Source: Octopus sinensis (taxonomy: Eukaryota). Taken from it: a DNA stretch of 64,000 nt. The translations under genes were made by a program, and so were the position numbers. The DNA lies in assembly GCF_006345805.1 (NCBI RefSeq), contig NC_043019.1:27093360-27157359 (forward strand). The letters run 5' to 3'. A model generated the notes under the pieces. The model ran no database searches. It was not told the DNA's origin and worked only from the letters and a program-made list of their open reading frames with translations. This document shows positions 25,641 to 37,792 of this stretch, in pieces; within the stretch, counting starts at the first letter, position 1; each line of letters opens with the position of its first letter.

Positions 25641-26422
25641 GTAAACCATCGCCTGTTACTAATTTAACAACTGACACAACTACTTCTGCATAGGTAACTG
25701 TAATTAACGTGTAATCTCTCCACTCCCCCCCGTGTAATCATAAGTTTATACACCAGTCTACACAGCCTGGCACAGATCGAATGTTTTTGCTGCACAAATT
25801 GATTGTGTTGACCAGTTAACCCACATGTGTGCAGTGTCTTCTTTCGGCAGTGACACATTTTTCTCTCTTCTTAACTCATACCTAATGCATCTACCCCAAC
25901 ATATATATATATATATGAACGATACATAATTATATATATATAATTATGTATCGTTTGTAAAAAAAAAACATAAATCCGAAAGAAGAAGCACGTTCTAAGA
26001 CGTAGTGCAATATATATTAAAAATGGGGAAGGCCGGTTTACGGAATTGCCTTAGGTTTTTCTCAACCACACAGTTATAGGCGCGCTTCCTCACACACGTA
26101 ATCCCGTAAACCAGTCTCACCCATTTTCAACATATCTATCTATATATATATATTTATATATATATGTGTGTGTATGTATATATATGATTTTATAACTGTT
26201 TCATTTCTTTTCTATGCAACTTAAAGTATCGTGGGTTCGTAGAACCAACTTATCTCGTCAGGCACCTGGAGGAACACGCCTGACTGGAAGGGTTCGTTGT
26301 ACAACCCTACGAAACCTTAAGGAGCTTGAGTCGAGTCAAACTGTTATTAAATTATATATGTAACTCTTACCAATTGTTTTGAATGCCACTTAATTTCGTT
26401 TGTCCACTCAAGAGCATATATA

Positions 26423-26454
<32 letters not shown>

Positions 26455-28405
26455 ACTGAATGCTTATATGGCTTATGGTGAATCAACAGATTATATATAT
26501 ATATAAGCATCAATATTTCATACGTACACATAAAAACAAAAGTAAACATTGACATGCTTTTAGAGTAACAAAACTTTGGGAATCTATAAAGAAGAATGTT
26601 TTATTGTTTTTTTTTTTAAAGATAGCCGAACTAACTACGGCTGTTGCGATGTAAACAAACATTTAAGGAATGCCTTTGAAACGAAATCACCGTTGATCTA
26701 AATTTCACAGAAAGTATTAATTTCGTAATTCCTATTCACAAACGAAATCTGTATTATAAAATTAAATATACTTTTGAGTTAATTATGTGCCTTCTACGTG
26801 ACAATCCGGTTTCTTCACAAATTTCTTCTCTTACCACTTCTGTAATACTGGGAACAGGATTTAATGCAGTGTTAGGTGCACGCTGTGCTTGAAATCAAGG
26901 TGTTCTCCTTGGTGGAACGGTTTTTAACGATCAGTCTGCTTAATCCGGGGTTGAAATAAACAATAGCAATAACGTCGCGATCGTATCCGGAGTGAACGAC
27001 GGAGCCTCTCTTATGTGGTAACTTAATTTGCTAGAAACGACAGTCAGATTATCTTGAGCTCATACCTACTTTCTTAAAAAAGAAAATGAAAGGACCCATG
27101 GGTTAATGTACTCTTGGATATGTTTTATCTGAAGAAAAATAAAAAAAAAGAAGTTAAAAGCAGGATGGTCACAGGTGGGAGGTCTTTTAATCATAGTTCT
27201 GTTTCACCGCTCGGTGCTTCATTAGACTTAATATACTTCATGATAAAAATATTATTTTCGAAAACTAGAGAGAAAATATAAAGACGTTAAATGTCCGATG
27301 TTATATCTTTATAACAATAATTAATGATAATGAATAATTTTTGGTTTGGGGGTTAATCTCGCTCCCAGTTAATAAACAAGTCCACTACGTGATGTTTTGG
27401 AGGTACCTTTATCGGAATGATTCAAGCAATCAAGCTGAGGGTAATCTTTTAATATAGCTCTATCCTTCCTTCCCCACCCTTCACGAAGGCTCCATTAAAG
27501 GGTTATTGACACCACTATTACTTCTTGATCAAAAAATTCCAAAAGTAAAGAAAAGACAATGTTTTGCTGGCTGTCATTGAGAACAGCGGATGTTTTCGAA
27601 GGAATACAAGGGACGTAACTGGAACGGTTTGTTTGGCATCTTTTGCTTTAGGTCAGCTGTCATTCAGCAGACCTATGTTGAAAACCTTTCCAAATGTGAT
27701 CATCCATGCTTACTTCATCATATAATGGACCCCATTATCCAATGTATTCTTCCCTTTTGCGATATAACCCCACCTCAAACAATAAACATCATCATACTTC
27801 CCAGCATGTCTAATTGAATTCACTGATTAATAGTGCTTTGTCCTGATATCAGGAAAATTTACATAAATTAATTATGTCCCTTTTTTAAGACATTGAGGTG
27901 AGATTTAAGAGAGAATTGACTATCTAGCAGGTGTAGTAATCATGTAGTGTTTGTACTATCAGGAATTCTCTTTTGGAGAGAGACGAAATTAAGTGGAAGA
28001 ATTTAGGTTCATCTGCCAATGATGTGGATGAAAGGCTTAACTCTTAGACATTTTACACTGGTCATATTCGGCTCAAATATTCTACTTTATGTTCAATCTG
28101 GCCCCTGACTCCTACCCTATTATGTCATTTGAAAAATAAACAATCATGTAGAGGCTCAGGTGTGGCTGTGTGTGGTAAGAAGCTTGCTTACCAACCACAT
28201 GGTTCTGGGTTCAGTCCCACTGCACGGCACCTTGGGCATGAATCTTCGGCTATAGCCTCAGGCTCACCAAAGCCTTGAGAGTGGATATGATAGATGGAAA
28301 CTGAAAGAAGCACATCTTATATATATATATATAAACAGATTACCAAAAATGGTTCTTTTAACATACCAACTACTTGGTAAAATTATTAATTTTACCCTTT
28401 ATTAT

Positions 28406-28455
<50 letters not shown>

Positions 28456-29137
28456 TGTTTGCACTCCCTCCACCATTGCTTGACAAAGTTGGTGTGTTTA
28501 TGTCCCTGTAACTTAGCAGTTCAGCAAAAGACCCCAATAGAATAAGTACTAGGCTCACAAAGAATAAGTCCTGGGTTCGATTTGTTCAACTAAAAGGCGG
28601 TGCTCCAGCATGGCCGCTGTCAAATGACTGAAACAAGTAAAAGAATAATTATTATTAACATCTCAAAGCTATGAAGTAATACACGATTAATTCAAAGCAA
28701 TGTGAATTAACAAGGATTACATTTAACAGTATAATCTGCATCCTAAAGATTTAAAAAAAAAACCATGTTCTCTGCCACACACTCCTATCATAAAACATTT
28801 GGTTGCTATGACAGTCTGTTGCACCAAAACATCTATTGTTCTGCTTATCATCTCTTCCTTTCATATTTCCTGCACAAACATTCACTCTTATCAACTTTTA
28901 TCACAAAAAGATTTTGATCATATCAATTCCAATGTCATTTTTAGTATGTTGCTTATTTTATCTAGCAATTTTTGTTAAACTGCTGGGTTACAGGACATAA
29001 ACAAATTTCACACAATATATATATATATATATATATATATAGTCCTACTGTGTGACACCTTGAGCAAGTGTCTTCTACTATAGCCTCAAACCAACCAAAG
29101 CCTTGCGATTTGGTGGACAGAAACTGAAAGAAGCCTG

Positions 29138-29180
<43 letters not shown>

Positions 29181-29515
29181 CGTGACCGACCAGACTATCA
29201 GAAGTTGCTACACATTGCTGGTCAGAATGCGCTTCGCATTGTTTTAGCCTTCAAATGACGCCACCTCGCTGGCTAAGCGAGCAGGCCAACAGAAGAAAGA
29301 GTGAGAGAAAGTTGTGGCGAAAGAGTACAGCAGGGGTCACCACCACCCCTTGTCGGAACCTCGTGGAGTTTTAGGTGTTTTTGCTCAATAAACACTCACA
29401 ATGCCCGGTCTAGGAATCGAAACCGTGATCCTACGACTGCGAGTCCGCTGCCCTAACCACTGGGCAATATTGTGCCTCACACACACAACACACACACCAC
29501 ACACACATATATATA

Positions 29516-29588
<73 letters not shown>

Positions 29589-30791
29589 GCAAGAAATAAT
29601 AATTGTCTCTTTTTATTAGAAACAAAACAGATTATAGGACTGCAAAAAAAAAGTGCTCAAATGTAAATGAGACAAGATAAATAAACATAGGTCATAGAAC
29701 AAGCATTAAATTCGAGTCAATGACTTGATACATAACATTATACCTCAAACATTTAATCATATATAAACATCACCATTATATATATATATAATATACTATA
29801 TAATATATATATAAATATACATATACATAAAAAACACACAAGATGAAAATATATATGTGAATAAAATACAAATAGAATGGCAGGAGTGGCTGTGTGGTAA
29901 GTAGCTTGCTTACCAACCACATGGTTCTGGGTTCAGTCCCACTGCGTGGTACTTTGGGCAAGTGTCTTTTACTATAGCCTCGGACCAACCAAAGCCTTGT
30001 GAGTGGATTTGGTCAACGGAAACTGAAAGAAGCCCGTTGTATATATATATACATACACATACACATATATATATATATATCTTTGTGTGTCTGTGTTTGT
30101 CACCCCAACATCGCTTGACAAGTGATGCTGGTGTATTTATGTCCTCGTCACTTAGCAGTTTGGCAAGAGAGACTGATAGAATAAGTACTAGGCTTAAAAA
30201 GAATAAGTCCTGGGGTCGATTTGCTTGACTAAAGGTAGTGCTCCAGCATGGCCGCCGTCAAATGACTGAAACAAATAAAAGATAAAAGAAAAAGAAAAGA
30301 CTAAAAATTCAAAAGTGTGCCATACTACAAAACCCCCCCATAAACTAAGATAAAATACCAAATGACTAAGAATGTTATCAGCCTACATTCAAGTATTTGC
30401 ACTCATGTGAACTGGTTTCTGGACTGGTATAATGGCCTAATGTTCTTCAGCACATATTTCCATGATGGAGAGCCCCAACACATCACATTGAAGTCTGCGC
30501 TGCAACTAAATCATTTTGCACCAAATCATACAAGTCACCAGTCATCATCATCATCGTTTAACGACCGTTTTCCATGCTGGCATGGGTTGGATGGTTTGAC
30601 TGGGGTCTGGGAAGCCAGAAGGCCGCATGAGGCTCCAATCTCATCTGGCAAAGTTTCTACAGCTGGATGTTCTACCGAGAGTATAGTGGGTGCTTTTTAG
30701 TAAAAAATAATTTCAATAAGGAGCAAATAATTCAGAAGAAAATATTTGCAAAGATACCACTGACTCTATTATTATTATTATTATTATTATT

Positions 30792-31347
30792 GAGTTAGAG
30801 AGCAGTGCATGCCATCAAAGTGACACTAAGGTAAAATATACGAAGCCCAATATACCCATCATGACTACCCGTCTGATAAGGGTACACCAGGCATATGCAT
30901 CACAACCAAATGTGCGCAACATGATGATCTCATATCAAGATAAGCAGCGCATGACCTTGCAGGTGGGGCCCAGTTAGAATTTTCTTCTGGTTTAGTAGCC
31001 CATCTCACTCAAAAGGTCCCTGAATAAGGATTGTTTAAGGATGTTGAACGAAACACCCATGTTTCCAGAGGTGAAATATTCAAACCCAAAAATATCCCTC
31101 TCAACACATGGCTATGATGCTCCCCAACTACTTCTGCTCATGATCAGAGATGCACATATTGTCAACCACTAAGAGACATGGTCGACTGGTTAAGGTTAAA
31201 CAACTGACAAGCAAATCTGTGGTATTGAGCAGAATATTTGCTGTAGCCCATCTTTTATACCAAGACAAAACAATGTACAATGATAACACTTCCAATCAGT
31301 TAAGATCAGAAGCCATGAGAGTCACTGTCTGATACTGCATCAGGGCA
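30792..31347. mobile_element. Non-coding 556-bp insertion inside a (TTA)n microsatellite
   Basis: Complex sequence bounded on both sides by (TTA)n. Single copy in the window, so mobility is inferred. Confidence 0.5.
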
Positions 31348-31704
31348 TTATTATTATTATTATTATTTCTCAGTTCTTATTCACAATTCCTGTTCTCTTC
31401 CATTTTTTTTTCTTTCCTTATATCTCTCATCACCATCATTGCCATATGTCTGTTTTCCATGCTGGCCTGGGTTGGAGGGTTTGGCAGGAGTTGGCAAGAA
31501 CAGGAGCTGTACCAGGCTCCAATATCAAGTGACTATCAGACTAGGTGCTTAAGTACTGGCCACCAGATTTTCTTGCAGTGTATACAGATAATAAGACCCA
31601 GCTGAGTGAAGATATCTGCTCTTAGCTATTCAGACACGGTCTTTATAGAAATGGCCATAATGAATTGTCACATATACCTCTTTGTTACTGACTTATATCT
31701 TATA

Positions 31705-31739
<35 letters not shown>

Positions 31740-32063
31740 CGATGGGCTTCTTTCAGTTCCTGTCTACCACATCCACTCACTTTGCTTGGCCTGAGGCTAT
31801 AGTAGAAGACACTTGCCCAAAGTGCCACGCAGTGGGACTGAACCCAGAACCATGTAGTTGGTAAGCAAGCTACTTACCACACAGCCACTCCTGCACCTGT
31901 GTATCTATCTACATATAAGGTTAGTAGAGTTCTTTGGCAACATTGCAGGACATTGGGAGCAGAAACGGCTGTTAGATGGAATAAAGTTTTGTATTAAAAA
32001 ATAATAATAGATGGTAGTCAATTATTGTTGATCAAGATTTCTCCATTTTTTTTCTTAATTTAA

Positions 32064-32121
<58 letters not shown>

Positions 32122-32134
32122 ATATATATATATA

Positions 32135-32165
<31 letters not shown>

Positions 32166-32229
32166 CGGAATCGAAATTGTGTGTATATATATGTGTATAT
32201 ATGTATATATATATATAAATCGGAATCGA

Positions 32230-32659
32230 AATTGAACCAATCCTATGACTGGCACCTGGCAGATGCTAGGACCCCTGGACTGGAGATACGTAAAAAGCAC
32301 TATCCGAATCATAGCTGATGCCAGCGCCGCCTCGACTGGCTTCTGTGTCGGTGGCACGTAAAAAGCACCATCCGAATCGTGGCCGAAGCCAGTGCTGCCT
32401 CGACTGGCTTCCGTGCAGGTGGCACGTAAAATGCACCAATCCGACCGTGGCTGATGCCAGCCTCGCCTGGCACCAGTGCAGGTGGCACGTAAAAAGCACC
32501 CACTACACTCATGGAGTGGTTGCCGTTAGGAAGGGCATCCAGCTGTAGAAACATTGCCAGATAAGACCGGAGCCTGGTGCAGCCTTCTGGCTTCCCAGAT
32601 CCCCGGTCGAACCGTCCAACCCATGCTAGCATGGAGAACGGACGTTAAACGATGATGAT
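32230..32659 (+). mobile_element. SINE 3' part with tandem ggcacgtaaaaagcac subrepeats of about 65-70 bp and an RTE-like (GAT)n tail
   Basis: Four subrepeats; tail ccatgctagcatgg...gacgttaaacgatgatg. Fragments at 30540-30700(-), 31430-31520(-), 36800-37020(+). Confidence 0.75.
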
Positions 32660-32744
32660 ATATGTCCTATTTTATTGTTTAGTTGTGTGTTTTCACAATA
32701 TTGATATTGTCTTTTCTTTTATTCTCTTTCTACCAACGAACAGG

Positions 32745-32918
32745 ATGAAAATTTTAGTGAATTTTGTGAAGAAGATTTTCAACATTGTCTTTCTGATCCT
32801 GTCTCCAGTTCGTCGACTAATATGCCGGCGCCGACGACACTCCGATACTCCTATTTTACCCTTGAATGCCGTTTACAGTGCTCCCCACACAGTCTCCACA
32901 TCATCTTTACCTCCCGAA
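32745..32918 (+). CDS. EBAG9: EBAG9/RCAS1 orthologue, coding exon 1 (MKILVNFVKKIFNIVFLILSPVRRLICRRRRHSDTPILPLNAVYSAPHTVSTSSLPPE)
   Basis: Pyrimidine tract plus acceptor cag at 32741-32743, ATG at 32745, donor GAA|gtaag at 32918/32919 (phase 0). N-terminus matches the human EBAG9 pattern (F..LKRLICR..R..S...LP). Confidence 0.9.
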
Positions 32919-33489
32919 GTAAGATAAAACTATTTTGTTACATTTTGTTGTTTTCGTCCTATTTTAGAACCAAACCAAATATATCGTAGACAGAATACAG
33001 AAGTAAATAGACGGCAGGTTAGCAGCAACATAAGGCTGAGTAACAAAATGCCATGTAGTATTTTTGTCTCTTTCTGTTGTAAAAGATGTTACTAAGGGTG
33101 TCTCCATTTCTCACAACCTGAAGAGGGTTTTTCTCAAAACCACAGAATAAAACCACTTCCGGTAGTTAATGACATTTTGGGTGGATATAACTGCTTTCTG
33201 CTTCTGATGGCTGACAACTTCAGCTTTATTCTTATCACACCCTATCTATATATGTTTCAAAAATATCAGTACTCTTTCACATGACTTTGAGTATTGCTAT
33301 GGATTAGTAGCAATAGGCGCAAGAGTGGCTGTGTCGTAAGAAGCTTGCTTCCCAAATACATGGTTTCAGGTTCAGTCTCACTGCGTGGCACCTTGGGCAA
33401 GTGTCTTCTACTATAGCCTTGGACTCACCAATGCCTTGTGAGTGGATTTGGTAGACGGAAACTGAAAGAAGCCCGCCGTATATATATAT

Positions 33490-33522
<33 letters not shown>

Positions 33523-33640
33523 TGGTAAAAACGGTAAGATAACAAAAGAAAGAAAGAGACCTCAATATTATGTAAATAGAGGAAATTTATCTATAAAATA
33601 ATATGTTACAATTACTCAATAGTCAAGATAAAACTCTGAG

Positions 33641-33689
<49 letters not shown>

Positions 33690-34050
33690 TATATATATGT
33701 ATATATGTCAGTGAGTCTATTTGCTCCCTCACTATTTGATATGCTGAACTGGTCTCCCTTTTGGGTTGTGTTTGTGCATGTATCTATGCTTGTTTATGTG
33801 TGTGTCTGTATTTCTCAATGTGTGTGTGTGTGTGTTTGGCAATGTCTCTCTGTGTCTCTATTTTTGTATAGGGATGACTGTGTTTCGCTACTGTGTCTGT
33901 ATTTCTATGTGTGTGTGTGTATGTACATTTGTTTCCCACTGCATATGTATGTCTATGTTTCTGTCTGTGTGTGTGTGTGTGAATGTGTAGGGATTTTTTT
34001 CAGTGGCAGCAAATGTTATCTTCCTTTCTAACCTTCTAAAACCTCCACAG

Positions 34051-34197
34051 GGTGAACTCCAGCCTTGGGAATCATGGGAAATGGAAGACCCTGAATATAA
34101 GTCCAGCAGAAACCGCAACAAAAGCGAGAACGGTGAGCAAGAGCCTGATATCGACTTCTTCCAAGACATGGCACCAAAAATCAAGAGAACCACTAAA
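34051..34197 (+). CDS. EBAG9: EBAG9 coding exon 2 (GELQPWESWEMEDPEY...EPDIDFFQDMAPKIKRTTK)
   Basis: ccacag|GGT acceptor, AAA|gtaagt donor, 147 nt phase 0/0. W.SW and D(F/Y)F.DM.P.I motifs match human EEWTSWD and EPDYFKDMTPTIRKTQK. Confidence 0.93.
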
Positions 34198-34929
34198 GTA
34201 AGTTCTTTCTTCTTGCTTATGTTTTATTTGTTCCTTTCTCCAGTGATTTGTCTGAGACCCCTTTTGGTTCTGGGGATCAAAAATCCTTACTCTTTTACTC
34301 TTTTCAGTCATTTGACTGCGGCCATGCTGGAGCACCACCTTTAGTCGAGCAAATCGACCCCAGGACTTATTCTTTGTAAGCCTAGTACTTATTCTATTGT
34401 CTCTTTTGCCGAACTGCTAAGTTACAGGGACGTAAACACACCACCATCGATTGTCAAGCGATGTTGGAGGGACAAACACAGACACACAAACTTACACACA
34501 CACACATATATATATATACATATATACGACGGGCTTCTTTCAGTTTCCGTCTACCAAATCCACTCACAAGGCTTTGGTCGGCCCGAGGCCTTAGTAAAAG
34601 ACACTTGCCCAAGGTGCCACGCAGTGGGACTGAACACGGAACTATGTGGTTGGTTAGCAAGCTACTGACCACACAGCCACTCCTGCGCCTTTGTTTTTCT
34701 TTATTTTAATCAAAACCTCCCATCATGCTGTGTGAGAAACTTCTTTAGTTGTAGACATGGCTGTGGGATTAAGAGGCTTGCTTTGTAAACACATGGTTCT
34801 GGGTTCAGTTCCACTATGTAACAGCTGAAATATGGCTTTTCTACTATAGCCTCTGGCTGATCAAAGCCTTGTGAGTGGATTTGGTAGATGGAGTTTTAAA
34901 GAAGCTTGTTGTATGTGTGTGTGTGTGTG

Positions 34930-35360
34930 TCATCATCATACAGTGATTTAAATCCAGGTTTCGTCCCTGTTAACAGGGGTGGCTGGATCTATCTCAATGC
35001 CATAGCAACCGCTCTCACACCATTTCACCATCTTGCCCTGTTTTGGGTGTCCTCCCTTCTCAAGTCAGCCTTCCCAATCTCCTCCTCCACTGTCCCCTCC
35101 ACATTTTCCTTGGTCTACCTGGCTTTCGCTGTCCATTTTCCTCAAACTCTGGCACCCTCCTCAACACATCCCCATCCACCGCCCTCCATTTGCCCTTGCC
35201 AACCATTCCACTGATTTCTCCAACCCCCAGCATCCCCATCAAGTCCTCAGTCCTTCTTTTATCAAACAGCTTCACACCACACATTTCTCTCACCATTGCT
35301 CTCTCGGTCCTTCTCAAAATTGCCCTCTCTCTCTCAGACATCATGTCTCACTCCCATACA
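34930..35360 (-). mobile_element. RTE-clade LINE 3' end
   Basis: LRRTERAMVREMCGVKL.D and GRPRKMW motifs; (ATG)n tail. Confidence 0.75.
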
Positions 35361-35769
35361 TGTGTGTGTGTGCATATATATACTCTTTACTCTTTTACTT
35401 GTTTCAGTCATTTGACTGCGGCCATGCTTGAGCACCGCCTTTAGTCGAGCAAATCGACCCCGAGACTTATTCTTTGTAAGCCCAGTACTTATTCTATCGG
35501 TCTCTTTTGCCGAACCGCTAAGTGACGGGGGACGTAAACACACCAGCATCGGTTGTCAAGCAATGCTAGGGGGACAAACACACACACATACACACACATA
35601 CATATATATATATATATGACAGGCTTCTTTCAGTTTCCGTCTACCAAATCCACTCACAAGGCATTGGTCGGCCCGGGGCTATAGCAGAAGACACTTGCCC
35701 AAGATGCCACGCAGTGGGACTGAACCCGGAACCATGGGTTGGTTAGCAAGCTACTTACCACACAGCCAA

Positions 35770-36100
35770 AAAGTTCCCAGACTAGTTCTGTAGTGCATCA
35801 ACAGATGGCAACACATGGTTGTGTGCACAGTGACTTTTGTGAGGCAGTGACATTGCTGTGTTTACTTTGCAAGTTGTGTAATTTGTGTTTTTGTCATCAT
35901 GTGTATGCTGTAACCTGCAATTTTGTCATGGACAGGAAGTTGGAACAAAGAACCAATGTGAAATTTTGCTTCAAACTTGGGAAGTCTGCTACGGTGACAT
36001 TGAGCATGCTTTGGAAACAAGGCAGTGGGTCATATGCAGTGTTTTGAGTGGCATGAGTGCTACAAAAGTAGAAGAACATCCCTGGAAGATGGGCAACCTG
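35770..36100 (+). mobile_element. Mariner 5' fragment
   Basis: MDRKLEQRTNVKFCFKLGKSAT...VFEWH..K..RTSLED. Confidence 0.7.
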
Positions 36101-36129
36101 GAAGACATGCCATGTGTGTGAGCCCACCA

Positions 36130-36782
36130 TGTGTGTGAGCCGCCAAACAGCTTCAGAATCTCCTGCAACTTTTCTGGATGGTCTCTTTGTTTATTGGTGT
36201 TGCAAGGAGTTTTGTTGATCTCTCGCTCAACTGTGCTGCACACATAATAATCAAAGAGGTTGCAGTCTGAGGAGTTAGGTGGCCAAATGTTAGGGTTGCA
36301 GAAATTGTCTGACAGCCATGACAGGGTTCTTCTGCTTGTGTGGCATGGTGCAAAGTCCTGTTGCCAGATATAGGGTCTTCCAGCAGCCACCCTCTTGATC
36401 CAGGGCAGCACTACCTCCTCCAGGCACTTGATGTTGAGTCTGAGGCTGTGTGAGAAGATGAATGGTGCGTAATGTCACCATCATAAGTGATCTCTCCAAA
36501 CACCATGATGTTGACTGGATGTTTAATTTTTATCACTCTCGGTACATGTTTTGGGGACATGGCAAACCAATGGTTGTTCTGTGTGTTCACCATCTGTTCA
36601 TACCAGAGCTTCCAGTGTAAATGCCAAGTAGTACAGCATGTTTCTAAATTTCTGGCAGAGTGAATTGCATCGTGGTGCTGTCTTTCTCACAGGTAGTGTC
36701 CAACTGACCCTACTATACTGTGTAGTTGCATGCCTGAAATTAAAAATATAAAATGGTGACAATTTACCCATTGCACCCTCTG
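36130..36782 (-). mobile_element. maT/DD37D-type transposase fragment
   Basis: KHPVNIMVFG, WQQDFAPCHTS and WPPNSSDCN.FDY motifs. Confidence 0.75.
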
Positions 36783-37217
36783 TGTGTGTGTGTGTGTGTA
36801 GCACCATTTGAGTGTGGATGTTGCAAGTAGCACCTAAATGGCCCTCATGCTGGTGGCACGGAAAAGCACCCACTACACTCTTGGTGTTATGAAGGGCATC
36901 CAGTTGTAGAAACTGCCAGATCAGATTGGAGCCTGGTGTGGCCATCTGGTTTGCCAGACCTCAGTCAAATCATCCAAGCCATGCTAGCATGGAAAGCGGA
37001 CGTTAAACGATGATGATGATATATATATATGTATATTGGGTCGTCCTATAAATAATGGGTTTTTTTATACTTTTTTTATTCTTCAAATTTAAGATAAACA
37101 GAGTTCTTTTTTTTATCTAAAATATACTCTCTCCTTCATTTTCTACAATGCTTTTCCATCTATCTGGTAGACTTGCAAGGACCCTCTTCCAAATTCATTT
37201 ATCCATGATGAAAAATG

Positions 37218-37615
37218 CTGTTACCTAGGGGACCAAATCAGCAGTGGAAGTGGATGCGCTGAGAGCATAGCTGCTAGGATTAGAATAGCCTGGGCCTAGC
37301 TCAGAATGCTTCTACCTTTGTTGGTAACAAAGGTCCTCTCCTTCAGAGTGAAAAGCAGATTGTATGATGCCTGTGTGTAAGCAGCTATGCTGCACCACAG
37401 TGAAACATGGGCTGTGGCTGCAGAGGACATGCGAAGGCTTGAAAGAAATGAAGCTAATGTTTTGTTGAATGTGCAATGTCAGTGTGCATGTACAACAGAG
37501 TGTAAGTGTCTTGAGAGAAAAATTGAGCATAAGAGGCATCAGATGTAGTATGCAAGAGAGAAGACTGCACTGGTATGGTCAGGTGATGCGTATGGACAAG
37601 GACAACTGTGTAAAG
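37218..37615 (+). mobile_element. RTE-clade LINE RT C-terminal fragment
   Basis: CYLGDQIS.G.GC..SI.ARIR.AW, LYDACV, SETW and RRLHWYGQVMRM motifs. Confidence 0.85.
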
Positions 37616-37711
37616 GAGCTTTTACTGCTCTGTCATGACAGACAGACCCCCCTGTTGTGTTATCATTGGGTTTTTTTCCTTGCCTGCTGTCATTTATTAT
37701 TTCTATTCCAG

Positions 37712-37792
37712 ATCCTGGTCAAGAAGGACAGCAATGAGAAACTTGAAAATCCAGCAAACCGTTTAGCGATGACATCAGAATTCCCTGTCACA
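37712..37792 (+). CDS. EBAG9: EBAG9 coding exon 3 (ILVKKDSNEKLENPANRLAMTSEFPVT)
   Basis: ttccag|ATC acceptor, ACA|gtaagc donor, 81 nt phase 0/0. Matches human IVIKK...SSRLAATQDLP. Confidence 0.88.

Noticed and set aside
24280-26345. Further hammerhead-like traces near 24280-24325, 26015-26130 and 26280-26340
   Set aside because: Cores are too degenerate to support a call without a family consensus, though they may be older members.
32280-32500. Regularly spaced ggcacgtaaaaagcac repeats resembling a CRISPR array
   Set aside because: Spacers are homologous to each other, the context is eukaryotic with no cas genes, and the array is internal to a SINE.
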